Source of the DNA: Candidatus Kaiserbacteria bacterium
Lineage (GTDB): Bacteria > Patescibacteriota > Minisyncoccia > Phycocordibacterales > UBA12088
Assembly: GCA_007116405.1 (NCBI GenBank)
Contig: SKIN01000044.1
Span: 1-35,496, forward strand
Reading direction: 5' to 3'
Length of the DNA stretch: 35,496 bases
How positions within the stretch are numbered: position 1 is the stretch's first letter; each line of letters opens with the position of its first letter. Below the pieces are notes generated by a model that searched no databases, was not told the origin of the DNA, and was given only the letters and a program-made list of their open reading frames with translations. Position numbers and translations under genes: made by a program. This document shows, piece by piece, positions 25,523-35,044 of the stretch.

Positions 25523-26048
25523 GTTTCTTGTAGATACGCCCGTAGTGGTAACTTCCCGCGTCTATTTCACGAACAAGTTCAAACCCAGCCTCGGAAAAAA
25601 GTGTTATGGCCTGCTCTTCCGGTAAGACGTGCTCGGGCTGTGGCCCCATACCCCCATAACTCTCGCGCCAATCAACGAGAAGCACTCTCCCGCCGTTGCG
25701 TAATACCCTCTTCGCCTCGTCAACGATCGCTTGTTTGTTCTCCGCCTGGAACAGCATATTGGAGATGATGACCACATCGACGCTTGTATCAGGAAGCGTC
25801 GAACCTTTCGGCTTCTCAAGGTCGCCATGAATAAATGAGATGCGGTCAATAAGATGCTTTTCGGCAAGGTGCGTTGCTTTGGTCAACAACTCTTGTTGAA
25901 TGTCGATGACATACACCCGACCATCTTTCCCTACCGCTTCGGCTGCTTCCACCGCGAGGTATCCTGCACCGCCGCCAAAGTCGGCAACAACCATACCCGG
26001 ATCGAGTACAAGCTGCTCAATGTTCCTTTTTGGATCCGCAAACGGCAT
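25515..26048 (-). CDS. Class I SAM-dependent methyltransferase
   Basis: 177 aa. Motif I is VVADFGGGAGYLA, with an acidic post-I residue in VYVIDIQ. Confidence 0.75.
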   Translation of the reverse strand: MPFADPKRNIEQLVLDPGMVVADFGGGAGYLAVEAAEAVGKDGRVYVIDIQQELLTKATHLAEKHLIDRISFIHGDLEKPKGSTLPDTSVDVVIISNMLFQAENKQAIVDEAKRVLRNGGRVLLVDWRESYGGMGPQPEHVLPEEQAITLFSEAGFELVREIDAGSYHYGRIYKKHG

Positions 26049-26132
26049 GGGCTATACATACCAGTGTACCAAACAAACGCCATGCACGTCTTATACACGC
26101 ATGTGCATAACACCATCGTGTGGCTCCTGGAG

Positions 26133-28610
26133 CTAGAAGCAGGTCAATGCCGCTATGGCATCGCCTGTCCGAAGCTTCATGATACGGACGCCTTGGGTTG
26201 AGCGGCCGAGTGATGGTACTTCTTCGACGTTTGTGCGTATCACCTGCCCTTTTTTGGAAATGACGACAAGCTCCTGTATGTCGGCACCCACGATGTGAGC
26301 GTTGATGATAGGACCTGTTTTTGTAGTAACGCTTGCGCAGCGTATACCCGAGCCCCCGCGCTTCTGGATCTTGTACTCTTTGAGGGACGTTTGCTTACCG
26401 TACCCGTTCTCTGACACCACAAGAAGTGACAACTCAGTATCTTTTTGACCTTTTCGCGCAACACTTGCGCCCACTACAACGTCTCCAGAACCAAGTCGGA
26501 CAGCGCGAACGCCGACCGCAGCCCTGCCCATCTCGCGCACATCTCCCTCTTTGAAGCGTATTCCTTGTCCTTTGCGGGTCGCAAGAAGGACCGTGTCGCC
26601 CTTGTCGACAAAGCCGGTGCTGATGAGCTCGTCGCCGGGTGCGAGCTTAATAGCAATGATGCCTGAACGGCGCACATCATGAAAATCCTTGGCCTTTGTC
26701 TTCTTTGCAACACCTCCGCGCGTGACCATGATCAACGAACCATCGCCCGCCATGATCTCCTTTGTCATTGCCACAACACTCGTAATACGCTCTCCGTCGG
26801 TGAGAGGCAGGAAATTCATGATACTTTTACCTTTTGTGGCGCGTTTGCCCTCCGGAACGTCGTACATCTTTATCTGATACGCTTTCCCGAAGTTCGTAAA
26901 GAACAGGAGGTCATCGTGCGTACTAGCAGTCAAAAACATCGTCACGAAGTCCTCATCTTTGGTGTTGAGGTCAATGACGCCGACACCACCACGTCGCTGC
27001 TGCTTGTATTCCCCGGGATTGGTTCGCTTTATGTAGCCTCCTTTGGTGATGACCAGTACACTTTCCTCCTCAGGAATAAGGTCCTCCGGTGTCATGTTCT
27101 TCACTCCTCCTTTAACCACTTTGGTGCGGCGATCATCACCATACATCGCTTTGACCTCCAACAGCTCTTTTTTAATGAGATCTGCAAGCTTCTTAGGACT
27201 TTTGAGGATACCCTCAAGCCATCGTATCAGTGCCTGGACCTCTTTCAGCTCATCCTCTATCTTCTTGCGCTCCAGACCCGCGAGCTTTTGCAGCCGCATC
27301 TCTAGGATCGCGGTTGCCTGACGCTCAGAGAAGCCAAACTTCTTCATCAAAGCAGCGTGAGCAGTAGGAACGTCCTTGGACTGCTTGATGGTCTTGATGA
27401 TAGCGTCAATATGGTCGAGTGCCTTTTTGAGACCAAGTAAGATATGTTCACGATCCTTTGCTTTTGCAAGATCAAATTCACATCGGCGACGTACCACCTC
27501 AGTGCGATATCTGTTGAACTCCTCCAACATCCCCTTCAGTGAAATCGTCTGGGGTACGCCGTCCAACAGCGCAACCATGTTCATGTGGAATGTGTCCTCA
27601 AGCTGCGTATGTTTATACAAGTAATTCAACACTTTCTGAGGTTGCGCACCGCTCTTTAGTTCAACCACAACGCGTATGTCTCGAGTGGATTCATCGCGTA
27701 GGTCGCGTATACCATCCAGCTTTTTTTGGTGGACAAGATTTGCAACGCGAGATATGAGGTCAGCCTTGTTCACGCGGTATGGGAGAGAGGTAATGATGAT
27801 AGAGAATTGACCTCGTTTGTCCTCGACAATCTCCGCTTCCCCGCGTACGACCATTGGTCCCTTGCCGGTCGCGTATGCATGGCGGATGTCTTTTTGGTTA
27901 AATATGACCGCTCCTGTGGGAAAATCCGGAGCCTTGATGAAGGCAAATAGGTCCTCCTGTGTTGCATTCTTGTTGTCAATAAGATGAACGCATGCATCAA
28001 TAACTTCGCGTAGGTTGTGCGGAGGTATCGAGGTGGCCATACCAACTGCAATCCCGAGCGTCCCATTCAGGAGCAAGTTAGGTATTGCGGCAGGTAAAAC
28101 TTCCGGTTCTTCCCTTGTGGCGTCGTAGTTAGGCCTCCATGACACGGTCTGTTTGTCGATGTCACGCAACATCTCGCTCGATATCTTCGCCATTTTTGCC
28201 TCCGTGTACCTCATAGCGGCAGGACTATCACCGTCTATCGAGCCGAAGTTTCCTTGTCCCAAGACAAGTGGATATCGCATACTGAACTCCTGGGCCATCT
28301 TCACGAGCGCATCGTACACTGCCGAATCACCATGAGGATGGTACTTTCCCAAGACATCGCCCACGACTGCTGCTGATTTTCGGAACTTGGCGTTTGAGGC
28401 GAGACCCATCTTATGCATCGTGAAGAGGATGCGACGGTGGACGGGCTTAAGACCGTCGCGTACGTCAGGCAAGGCCCGTGATGTTATCACAGACATCGCA
28501 TACGCAAGATACGACTCACGCATCTCTTCGCTTATTGAACGTGGAACGACAGAAGAAGCCACCACACCCTCCGATTCAGGAGAGGTCTCTTTGCTGCGCT
28601 TTTTCGACAT
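26133..28610 (-). CDS. gyrA: DNA gyrase subunit A
   Basis: 825 aa. Contains [23 protein letters not shown] and the active-site region AAMRYTEA, plus C-terminal beta-pinwheel repeats. Confidence 0.95.
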   Translation of the reverse strand: MSKKRSKETSPESEGVVASSVVPRSISEEMRESYLAYAMSVITSRALPDVRDGLKPVHRRILFTMHKMGLASNAKFRKSAAVVGDVLGKYHPHGDSAVYDALVKMAQEFSMRYPLVLGQGNFGSIDGDSPAAMRYTEAKMAKISSEMLRDIDKQTVSWRPNYDATREEPEVLPAAIPNLLLNGTLGIAVGMATSIPPHNLREVIDACVHLIDNKNATQEDLFAFIKAPDFPTGAVIFNQKDIRHAYATGKGPMVVRGEAEIVEDKRGQFSIIITSLPYRVNKADLISRVANLVHQKKLDGIRDLRDESTRDIRVVVELKSGAQPQKVLNYLYKHTQLEDTFHMNMVALLDGVPQTISLKGMLEEFNRYRTEVVRRRCEFDLAKAKDREHILLGLKKALDHIDAIIKTIKQSKDVPTAHAALMKKFGFSERQATAILEMRLQKLAGLERKKIEDELKEVQALIRWLEGILKSPKKLADLIKKELLEVKAMYGDDRRTKVVKGGVKNMTPEDLIPEEESVLVITKGGYIKRTNPGEYKQQRRGGVGVIDLNTKDEDFVTMFLTASTHDDLLFFTNFGKAYQIKMYDVPEGKRATKGKSIMNFLPLTDGERITSVVAMTKEIMAGDGSLIMVTRGGVAKKTKAKDFHDVRRSGIIAIKLAPGDELISTGFVDKGDTVLLATRKGQGIRFKEGDVREMGRAAVGVRAVRLGSGDVVVGASVARKGQKDTELSLLVVSENGYGKQTSLKEYKIQKRGGSGIRCASVTTKTGPIINAHIVGADIQELVVISKKGQVIRTNVEEVPSLGRSTQGVRIMKLRTGDAIAALTCF

Positions 28611-28679
28611 ATCGCTTGTTTCCTCAGTATATCACACTCCTCCCCGGCGAGCGAGTCACGGAGTGTTGACGGTATTACG

Positions 28680-29138
28680 TCATTCTTGTCTGGGCATTGG
28701 TACTAAACTCTCACCTTCTTCCCATACACTCTCATCCGCTTCGACTAAAACCTCCAATTCCGGTGTTTCCTGTTCAGAACCCTCATCTATCACCGGCACT
28801 TCACTCTCCGTAACCATCTCTGCTTCATCAACATGATCCTGTGTGGATGTGTCTTCCGGTAATGTGTCAGGTAATTCTGACTGTGTTCCAGTGCGAATTG
28901 CTTCATCAAAACCACTGAACATTTCCCTGAGCTCGTCCATCAGGCTTGGTTGCCCTGATGCGGGGACACGCTCTCTCTGTGAATCAGCACCAAAACGTCC
29001 CGAATTGATACCTGCAACGAGAGTTATCAACCAAATGAGTGCCACAAACCCTGTAAACACAAAGCTAACCAAGAAAGCGTATCTGCGGCGTGCCTCAGGA
29101 GACTTGCGTCGTATACGTTCTAGGTGTTCAAGCAGCAT
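28680..29138 (-). CDS. Hypothetical single-pass membrane protein with an acidic C-terminal region
   Basis: 152 aa with one TM helix (FLVSFVFTGFVALIWLITLV) and an E/D-rich tail. Confidence 0.45.
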   Translation of the reverse strand: MLLEHLERIRRKSPEARRRYAFLVSFVFTGFVALIWLITLVAGINSGRFGADSQRERVPASGQPSLMDELREMFSGFDEAIRTGTQSELPDTLPEDTSTQDHVDEAEMVTESEVPVIDEGSEQETPELEVLVEADESVWEEGESLVPMPRQE

Positions 29139-29181
29139 GTACTATAATGGTGCGTTGAAAGACGTGCGTCGTCGGCGCATA

Positions 29182-29814
29182 CTAGGCAAACATCACGATC
29201 TCGTTCTGTTTCCCCTCAAGGTCTCGAGGTTTGACCGTGAACTTTTCGACGGGCGTATGCTTTTCCCCGCTTCCCTCCTCTTTAAGAAACGCATCCAAGG
29301 CGCCTTTCACGCCCACAACACCGTGGTGCATTGGAATCACCACCTTCGGCTCGATAGATACAGCGAATTCATATGCTTCTGCGGGCTGCAGTACACCCTC
29401 CCCTCCAATAGGCACGAACAAGATGTCGATCAGGTCGAGTGCTTCTCTAAGCTCCTGCGGTAGCTGTTTCGTGTTAGTGGCGCCTAAGTACAGCAACAAC
29501 ATTTTCTCCATCGTCACCAAGTACACCGTATTTATCCTCTCTTCACCTCCGTATGTACTTGTGGTCGGATACCCTTTGATGAGTATGTCGTTTGACTCAT
29601 ACTCCCCGGGGCCGGATATCACCAGTGGCGCGCGGTCTCCATGGGCCACCTGGTCGGCTCCATTCATGTCGGGGTGGTCGAGTGATATAAGGGTGATATC
29701 GGCACCAAAACGCACCTGTTTTAGCTTCGAGTCCTTTGCGATAGGGCTGAATGCTATCGTGGTATCGCCAAATGCTACCTTGAAAAAATTAGCTCCGTGA
29801 TGTGTGATTATCAT
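29182..29814 (-). CDS. MBL-fold metal-dependent hydrolase (UPF0173-like)
   Basis: 210 aa from MIITHHGANFFKV. Histidine-containing blocks (LDHPDMNGAD, VIPMHHG) fit a beta-lactamase-fold hydrolase. Confidence 0.6.
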   Translation of the reverse strand: MIITHHGANFFKVAFGDTTIAFSPIAKDSKLKQVRFGADITLISLDHPDMNGADQVAHGDRAPLVISGPGEYESNDILIKGYPTTSTYGGEERINTVYLVTMEKMLLLYLGATNTKQLPQELREALDLIDILFVPIGGEGVLQPAEAYEFAVSIEPKVVIPMHHGVVGVKGALDAFLKEEGSGEKHTPVEKFTVKPRDLEGKQNEIVMFA

Positions 29815-30038
29815 AAGTCTGCTGGATATAACGTTTCGGGCAGTATACCACATACACACACAGACACCGCACTTCCAGCACCTTCTGACGCTTTACAAAC
29901 ACAGTATCATTCTGTAGAGTGTGGACATTATCAACATCCTCGTATGTGGGGATGCGCAGGGAGGATAACCCTACGGTGTTGCTCAGAAATGGCTGCATGA
30001 CCCGTATACCCTCCAGCGCTTTTTTCGTATATACGCAT

Positions 30039-31154
30039 ATGGAAACAGCAACAGCAGAAGAAAAGAAGGACGGCGTAGTAGGCGGCGAAGAAGCATCAAG
30101 TTTCATGGGGCAGCGTTTTGAGGACCTGCCGGTCGCTCCGCGCGAAGGCGACTTGGTCGAAGGGCCGGTCGTTGCGATGACCAAGAACAAGGTCTTCATC
30201 GAGCTTCATCCGTTCGGTGTCGGCATTATCTACGGTCGCGAGTATCAGACCGCAAGCGATATCCTGAGGAGGGTCAAGGTAGGTGATATCGTCGCAGCAA
30301 AGGTCGTAGACCCGACCAACAGCGAGGGGTATGTGGAGTTGTCCCTTATGGAGGCGCGTCAGGCGCTCATATGGGCGGATGCGGAGCGTGCCGTTGCTAA
30401 GGGCACAGTGTTTGAATTGCCGGTGAAGGAGGCAAACAAAGGTGGTCTTATGCTCGAATGGCAAGGCATCACCGGCTTCCTCCCCGCAAGCCAACTCAAG
30501 CCTGATCACTACCCTCGCGTAGAGGACGGTGACAAAGCAAAGATACTTGAGGAGCTCCGTAAGCTCGTCGGCGAAAAACTACCGGTGGTCATCATCACCG
30601 CACTCCCGGAGGAAGGCAAGCTCATATTCTCCGAACGCGGTCCTCAGCAGGAAAAGACTGTCGCCGCAGAGAACTTTACCGTTGGCGATGTCATTGAAGG
30701 TGAAGTGACCGGTGCCGTTGAGTTTGGTGTATTCGTGAAGATAAGCGAAGGCATGGAAGGCTTGGTACACATCTCCGAGCTTGATTGGGGCCTTGTGGAG
30801 AACCCAAAGACGCTCTTTGCCGTAGGTGAGAAAGTGCGCGTAAAAGTGATAGAGGTGAAAGATGGTAAAGTTTCCCTCTCTATCAAAGCACTCAAAGAGG
30901 ACCCATGGCGCATAGCCGGAGACCAGTACAAGAAGGACCAGGTCGTAGACGCGGTCATCATCAAGTACAACAAACACGGAGCACTCGCTTCCATTCAGGA
31001 AGGTGTCGCGGGTCTGGTGCATATCAGTGAATTCGCAAGCATTGAGGAGCTACGCAAGACCCTTGAACTCGGACGAAGCTACAAGTTCAAGATAACGTTG
31101 TTCGAGCCGGGAAATCACCGTATGACGCTCTCATTCAAGCAGGCGGGTGAGTAA
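30039..31154 (+). CDS. rpsA: 30S ribosomal protein S1 (four S1 domains)
   Basis: 371 aa from METATAEEKK. Has repeated S1 OB-fold units (GDLVEGPVV..., GDIVAAKVV..., GDVIEGEVT...GLVHISE, VVDAVIIK...GLVHISE). Confidence 0.8.
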   Translation: METATAEEKKDGVVGGEEASSFMGQRFEDLPVAPREGDLVEGPVVAMTKNKVFIELHPFGVGIIYGREYQTASDILRRVKVGDIVAAKVVDPTNSEGYVELSLMEARQALIWADAERAVAKGTVFELPVKEANKGGLMLEWQGITGFLPASQLKPDHYPRVEDGDKAKILEELRKLVGEKLPVVIITALPEEGKLIFSERGPQQEKTVAAENFTVGDVIEGEVTGAVEFGVFVKISEGMEGLVHISELDWGLVENPKTLFAVGEKVRVKVIEVKDGKVSLSIKALKEDPWRIAGDQYKKDQVVDAVIIKYNKHGALASIQEGVAGLVHISEFASIEELRKTLELGRSYKFKITLFEPGNHRMTLSFKQAGE

Positions 31155-31170
31155 CAAAGATGTAATAAAA

Positions 31171-31192
31171 AGACCGCTACTCCAAGCGGTCT
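31171..31192. terminator. Bidirectional terminator between rpsA and the convergent metallopeptidase gene
   Basis: AGACCGCT-ACTCCA-AGCGGTCT, flanked by A and T runs. Confidence 0.65.
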
Positions 31193-31195
31193 TTT

Positions 31196-31588
31196 TCATT
31201 CGCCATCCCGAATGCGTTCTCTCTTTCGCACCTCGTGCTCATCCAAGCCGAAGTAATGTCCGAATTCATGCCAGATGGTCTCTCGTACCACGCGTGCTAC
31301 GTCACCGTCGGTCTCCTGCGCCTCCTCGAGGATAGGGTTGCGGTACAGGGTGATAGTGTCAGGCAGGGTCTCGCCTATTCCGTAGCCGTCACCGCGTTCA
31401 CTGAGCGGCACGCCGTGGTACAGACCTAGCAGGGTCTCGTCCGGTCCCAGACCTTCCCGCTCGCGCACCTCCCTACTCGGTTCGTCTTCGAGCAGGATGG
31501 CGACATTGTCTATCTTTTCCCTATACTTGGGATCAAGGGATGCAATACCCTCCTCAATATAGCGTTCAATATCGTCCTGTGTTGCCAT
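31196..31588 (-). CDS. Zincin-like metallopeptidase family protein (DUF1025-like)
   Basis: 130 aa with a HEFGHYFG zinc-binding motif near the C terminus. Confidence 0.7.
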   Translation of the reverse strand: MATQDDIERYIEEGIASLDPKYREKIDNVAILLEDEPSREVREREGLGPDETLLGLYHGVPLSERGDGYGIGETLPDTITLYRNPILEEAQETDGDVARVVRETIWHEFGHYFGLDEHEVRKRERIRDGE

Positions 31589-31689
31589 GATATCCGTGGT
31601 GTGTGGGATAACGATACCACAGATAGCGGGTACAGTGGCACCGTGCTGTTGCTATTCCTAGTAGGATTCTTGTGTGGTATAATAATACA

Positions 31690-32102
31690 GGCCGTACCGG
31701 ATGGTTACGCCCTTTCAGGGTGAGGAAAGTCCGAACACACCCGGGCACAAGTCCGGAGCACGGTAGTGGGTAACACCCATCGTTCGCTTCGGCGGATAGG
31801 GATGCGAGCAGAGACGCCCAAGCTGAGAGGCGCGGGTACCCGCAAGGGTAAGCCCTTACGGAAACGTAAGGGGTGAAACGGCAAAATTCCTACCTGTGTG
31901 CAAGGCCGTGTCCGACACCACTTTAGTCGTTCAAGTCTGAGAGTTTTGCAATACTGCGTTAGTTGCTATTGCATAACTGATACGTTGTTGAACTACCAAA
32001 GTGGTGTCGGAAGAGCCGCTTGACCCCATGAGTAATTGTGGGGCTAGATATATGACCATCGCCTGCTTATAGCGGGTACAGAATTCGGCTTATAGGTACG
32101 GC
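31690..32102 (+). ncRNA. rnpB: RNase P RNA (bacterial type)
   Basis: P1 pairing GGCCGTACC (31690) with GGTACGGCC (32094). Universal P4 blocks GAGGAAAGTCCG and ACAGAATTCGGCTTATAG are present. A terminator follows at 32111-32133. Confidence 0.9.
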
Positions 32103-32110
32103 CAATACCA

Positions 32111-32133
32111 AAAGACCCCTTTCGGGGTCTTTT
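32111..32133. terminator. Bidirectional terminator shared by rnpB and the RRM gene
   Basis: AAAGACCCC-TTTC-GGGGTCTTTT. Confidence 0.7.
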
Positions 32134-32152
32134 GTGGTTCGCTTTCGAACAA

Positions 32153-32452
32153 TTAGCGGCCGTAGCCACCGTTGTTGTCAAACGAACGGCGAGGTGCGCG
32201 CTCCTCCATGGGGCGAGCAACGTTCACAATGAGACGGCGGCCTCCGAAATCTTTTTCATTCCAGAGTTCGATCGCTGCCTGAGCCTCGTCTTCAGTTGAC
32301 ATCTCAACGAAGCCAAAGCCCTTTGAACGACCACTTGCGCGGTCCATTATGACGTTCGCAGACACGACTGTGCCGGCCTGTGCGAAAGCCTCTTGTAATT
32401 CTGCGTCTGAGGTGCTGTATGGAAGCCCTCCGACAAATAACCTTTTCTCCAT
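32153..32452 (-). CDS. RRM-type RNA-binding protein
   Basis: 99 aa. RNP-2 is LFVGGL, RNP-1 is KGFGFVEM, and the tail is glycine-rich. Confidence 0.85.
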   Translation of the reverse strand: MEKRLFVGGLPYSTSDAELQEAFAQAGTVVSANVIMDRASGRSKGFGFVEMSTEDEAQAAIELWNEKDFGGRRLIVNVARPMEERAPRRSFDNNGGYGR

Positions 32453-32569
32453 TGTAGGAAAAATTAGTAGTAACGCCCAAAAGAGTGGACGGCTGTCGTC
32501 TCTTGGTTGTCACTACGAACAAACTCACGAGCCTAACAGTGGCGCTATGGTACACCATGTACGGTTTTG

Positions 32570-32586
32570 TTGCAAGTGATTTGCAA
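32570..32586. promoter_or_regulatory. Inverted repeat TTGCAA-GTGAT-TTGCAA upstream of the fur-family gene (candidate operator)
   Basis: Lies 30-46 nt upstream of the 32616 start, in the divergent intergenic region shared with the RRM gene. Confidence 0.35.
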
Positions 32587-32615
32587 TAGGGTCAATTATG
32601 TGTTACGTTTTGGCC

Positions 32616-33026
32616 ATGGAACGGCGACACACGAAGCATAAAGAAAATATTCTGAACCTATTCCACAAACACCACATCCTCACGGCGCACGATATACGGA
32701 AACGTCTCCCTGCAATGGACACCTCGACCGTGTACAGGAATTTGAGGCAGTTCGTAGATGACGGCGTCTTGCGTGAGGTACATACGGAGTCCGGAATCGT
32801 TTCCTATGAGCGAGCTGACGCCCGCCATGACCATTTTGTCTGCGACTCGTGCAGCGCAGTGGAGGAGATGCGCTCATGCAGACGTGCGGTGCAAGATCTT
32901 GTCCCGAGCGGTGCACGCATCGCTGACGGTTCGGTGGTCGTACATGGCACGTGCCGCACGTGCGTAAAGACTTCGCCCTCCCACTTTCGGAACACTCGAT
33001 CAACAACCATCACCAACCACGTATGA
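32616..33026 (+). CDS. Fur-family metalloregulator
   Basis: 136 aa from MERRHTKHKENIL. Winged-helix N-terminal region, HDHFVCDSC and HGTCRTC (two CxxC pairs). Confidence 0.8.
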   Translation: MERRHTKHKENILNLFHKHHILTAHDIRKRLPAMDTSTVYRNLRQFVDDGVLREVHTESGIVSYERADARHDHFVCDSCSAVEEMRSCRRAVQDLVPSGARIADGSVVVHGTCRTCVKTSPSHFRNTRSTTITNHV

Positions 33027-33868
33027 TACTCGGATTCTTAGGTAAAGGAGGAAGCGGTAAGTCATCGGTAGCGACGCAAATGGCGCTTCATGCCCATGCT
33101 CGAGGTTCGAATGTACTTGCTATCGATGCCGACCATAACATGGATATCTCGTACAACCTCATGCGGGGTGAGAGCATTGGCACAGAGCGCTACCTTGGCG
33201 CAGCACTCAAAGAGGTGCTCGATCATGTAGGGGCTCGGGATGGTGAGAGTTACGCCGATGTATTTCTGCGTGGTTGCGATACCAGGTTTACTATTGCACC
33301 GGCTGACCCTTTCACAGAACAATACTCCGTCATGGCCCGTGAGCGCCTGCGGCTCATGGTGGCAGGCCCACAAACGGACACCGTGCTCTATGGGAAGTCT
33401 TGCTCCCACGTACTCACAACACCGCTCAAGGTCTACTTGCCTTTACTGGAGCCGGAAGAGAACGATGTCGTTGTGGTGGATGAGAAAGCGGGTGCGGACG
33501 GTGTCACCACCGGCATCGTGACCGGACTCGATGTGGGGGTGATAGTCTGCGAGCCCGCGCTCCACAGCCTTAAGACCGCACGCCAGATAGCAGAGCTGAT
33601 GAAATTCTACGGCACTCCTTCCCTCTTTGTCGGCAACAAGGTGGGTACCAGCGAAGACAAGGACTTCATCGCAGAACACCTGGGTGAGGAACCGGTGACC
33701 TACCTCATGGAGAGCACGGCGGTGCGCAGGGAGCCGTCGGAGCCGGTCGCCGAGTGGCAAGACGAGATGGCTGCGATACTTGAACAAGCAAACATGTTGA
33801 ACAAGAATGACCGTCTTCAGCGCACCAAGGATAAGTTCGAGCGTAACAAGCAGTACAAGGGTTCTTAG
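33023..33868 (+). CDS. CooC/MinD-family P-loop ATPase
   Basis: 281 aa from MILGFLGKGGSGKSS (deviant Walker A), followed by LAIDADHN and VVVDEKAG. Its ATG overlaps the fur-family stop (ATGA). Confidence 0.7.
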   Translation: MILGFLGKGGSGKSSVATQMALHAHARGSNVLAIDADHNMDISYNLMRGESIGTERYLGAALKEVLDHVGARDGESYADVFLRGCDTRFTIAPADPFTEQYSVMARERLRLMVAGPQTDTVLYGKSCSHVLTTPLKVYLPLLEPEENDVVVVDEKAGADGVTTGIVTGLDVGVIVCEPALHSLKTARQIAELMKFYGTPSLFVGNKVGTSEDKDFIAEHLGEEPVTYLMESTAVRREPSEPVAEWQDEMAAILEQANMLNKNDRLQRTKDKFERNKQYKGS

Positions 33869-33966
33869 TCGCACATACCCATCTGCACACGCTTGCATTG
33901 TGTAGATGGGTGGGTACGATGTACACACCACTGTTCTTTCAAACCAACAACATATGAGGTGCACCT

Positions 33967-34719
33967 ATGTGCCAAGGTTGTGTAGCAAAACAGCAGGATT
34001 CACTAATGGTCGGTCTTTCCGAGCGGCATGTTGAGGTCATTGAGCGGGCAAGGCCGCGAGAGGATCGTGCCTTCATCAACGCGATCCATGAGGCTGCCAC
34101 CGATGCGCTCACCCCGCATCTCCCCCTCTTGCCGATGTTTGCGGCAATGTACCGCTTCTTGCAGGAGGAACGGTATGGGGTACTGAGCGAATACAAACTG
34201 ATTCGCGTACCCCTATCGATCATACCGCAGGATAAAAAACGGTATCGTACGCCGATCGTCTCGCTTCTCCATGAGACCGTACTTTCGTTCCGTATGAGCG
34301 AACACACGGTGAATATGGTGAATGCTGCGGCAAGAAGACATGGAGTTTGCATCCTGTACCTCTGCTCGTGTGGGGTCGTCATGGGACGATGTGAGGATGT
34401 GGCTCGCTTCCAAGGAAGTGCGGCGCACCGTAGCATGGACCTTCTCCGCTCAACCATTGATGCGGAAGGCAACCCTGTCGTGGATGTCACCCATTGGAAC
34501 CAGATACCCTCACCCAATATGGACATAGCGCCAAACGGATCGGAGATCGAACTCTTCGAGGATATCAGCGACCTCCTGATGCTTGCCGCCAAGGCACAGC
34601 GACCGGAATACCCGTGGCTCGACAACATGTTGTCGCGATACATTGGACAGCCGTCCATCAAGTACGCGCACAGCCCCGTTGCTGGCAGCATGGGTATTGA
34701 AGCCCGGCAGACCGCGTAG
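33967..34719 (+). CDS. Hypothetical protein (250 aa)
   Basis: GAGGTG lies 6 nt upstream of the ATG. Composition is protein-like, and the terminator at 34736-34763 follows. The antisense ORF 33939-34724 is S/R-rich and was rejected. Confidence 0.55.
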   Translation: MCQGCVAKQQDSLMVGLSERHVEVIERARPREDRAFINAIHEAATDALTPHLPLLPMFAAMYRFLQEERYGVLSEYKLIRVPLSIIPQDKKRYRTPIVSLLHETVLSFRMSEHTVNMVNAAARRHGVCILYLCSCGVVMGRCEDVARFQGSAAHRSMDLLRSTIDAEGNPVVDVTHWNQIPSPNMDIAPNGSEIELFEDISDLLMLAAKAQRPEYPWLDNMLSRYIGQPSIKYAHSPVAGSMGIEARQTA

Positions 34720-34735
34720 TACATTGTTCTTTCAA

Positions 34736-34763
34736 CCCCGCCCTACCGTGGCGGGGTTTTCTT
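34736..34763. terminator. Hairpin terminator after the 33967-34719 gene
   Basis: CCCCGCC-CTACCGT-GGCGGGG followed by TTTTCTT. Confidence 0.7.
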
Positions 34764-34829
34764 ATACGAAAGCATGTATTCATCCGTTATTGGCGACCTG
34801 ATGTGCCGTAGCTCCCTTCAGCGAGCGAA

Positions 34830-35006
34830 GGCGGAGAGGGAGGTTTCGTCCCAGAATCACGGCTGTTTGTTTCGTCTACGACTCACAAACAGACTCGTGT
34901 TCTTGGACGGCTCCTCGAATTTCATTCGCCTCGACGGCTCATGAAATAATCTCCGGAGCTTCGAATCCCTCACGCGAGCAAAGCAGTTTGCTCGCTCCTC
35001 TCCGCC
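34830..35006. ncRNA. Unclassified structured element E2, homologous to 15433-15597 (strand unresolved)
   Basis: A 10-bp closing helix pairs GGCGGAGAGG (34830-34839) with CCTCTCCGCC (34997-35006). Internal perfect hairpins are CTGTTTGT/ACAAACAG, ATTTCAT/ATGAAAT and GCGAGCAAA/TTTGCTCGC. Contains a TTCGAATCCC block. No plausible ORF. Confidence 0.45.
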
Positions 35007-35010
35007 CAAG

Positions 35011-35038
35011 AAAATAACCACCTGGCGGTGGTATTTTC
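35011..35038. terminator. Bidirectional terminator between E2 and tRNA-Ser
   Basis: AAAATAACCACC-TGGC-GGTGGTATTTT. Confidence 0.7.
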
Positions 35039-35044
35039 TACGGG

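Noticed and set aside
34780-34830. UGA recoding (code 25) to rescue a tag-like frame GCC AAT AAC GGA TGA ATA CAT GCT TTC GTA TAA next to E2.
   Set aside because: murF terminates at TGA at a normal protein length, so UGA is a stop codon here.
34830-35006. E2 (and E1) as the tmRNA gene. The plus strand of E2 has a GGTTTCGTC block like the tmRNA 5' D-loop analog, a perfect TTCGAAT T-loop and a closing acceptor-like stem. The minus strand has GTGATTCTGGGACGAAAC, reminiscent of the E. coli tmRNA 5' end.
   Set aside because: - At about 177 nt it is too short.
- No proper T stem forms around the T-loop.
- A hairpin separates the T-loop from the acceptor strand.
- There is no G3-U70 alanine identity pair.
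- There is no convincing tag reading frame: candidate frames give ANNG-stop or long frames running into the tRNA-like part.
- It is kept as an unclassified RNA rather than called ssrA.
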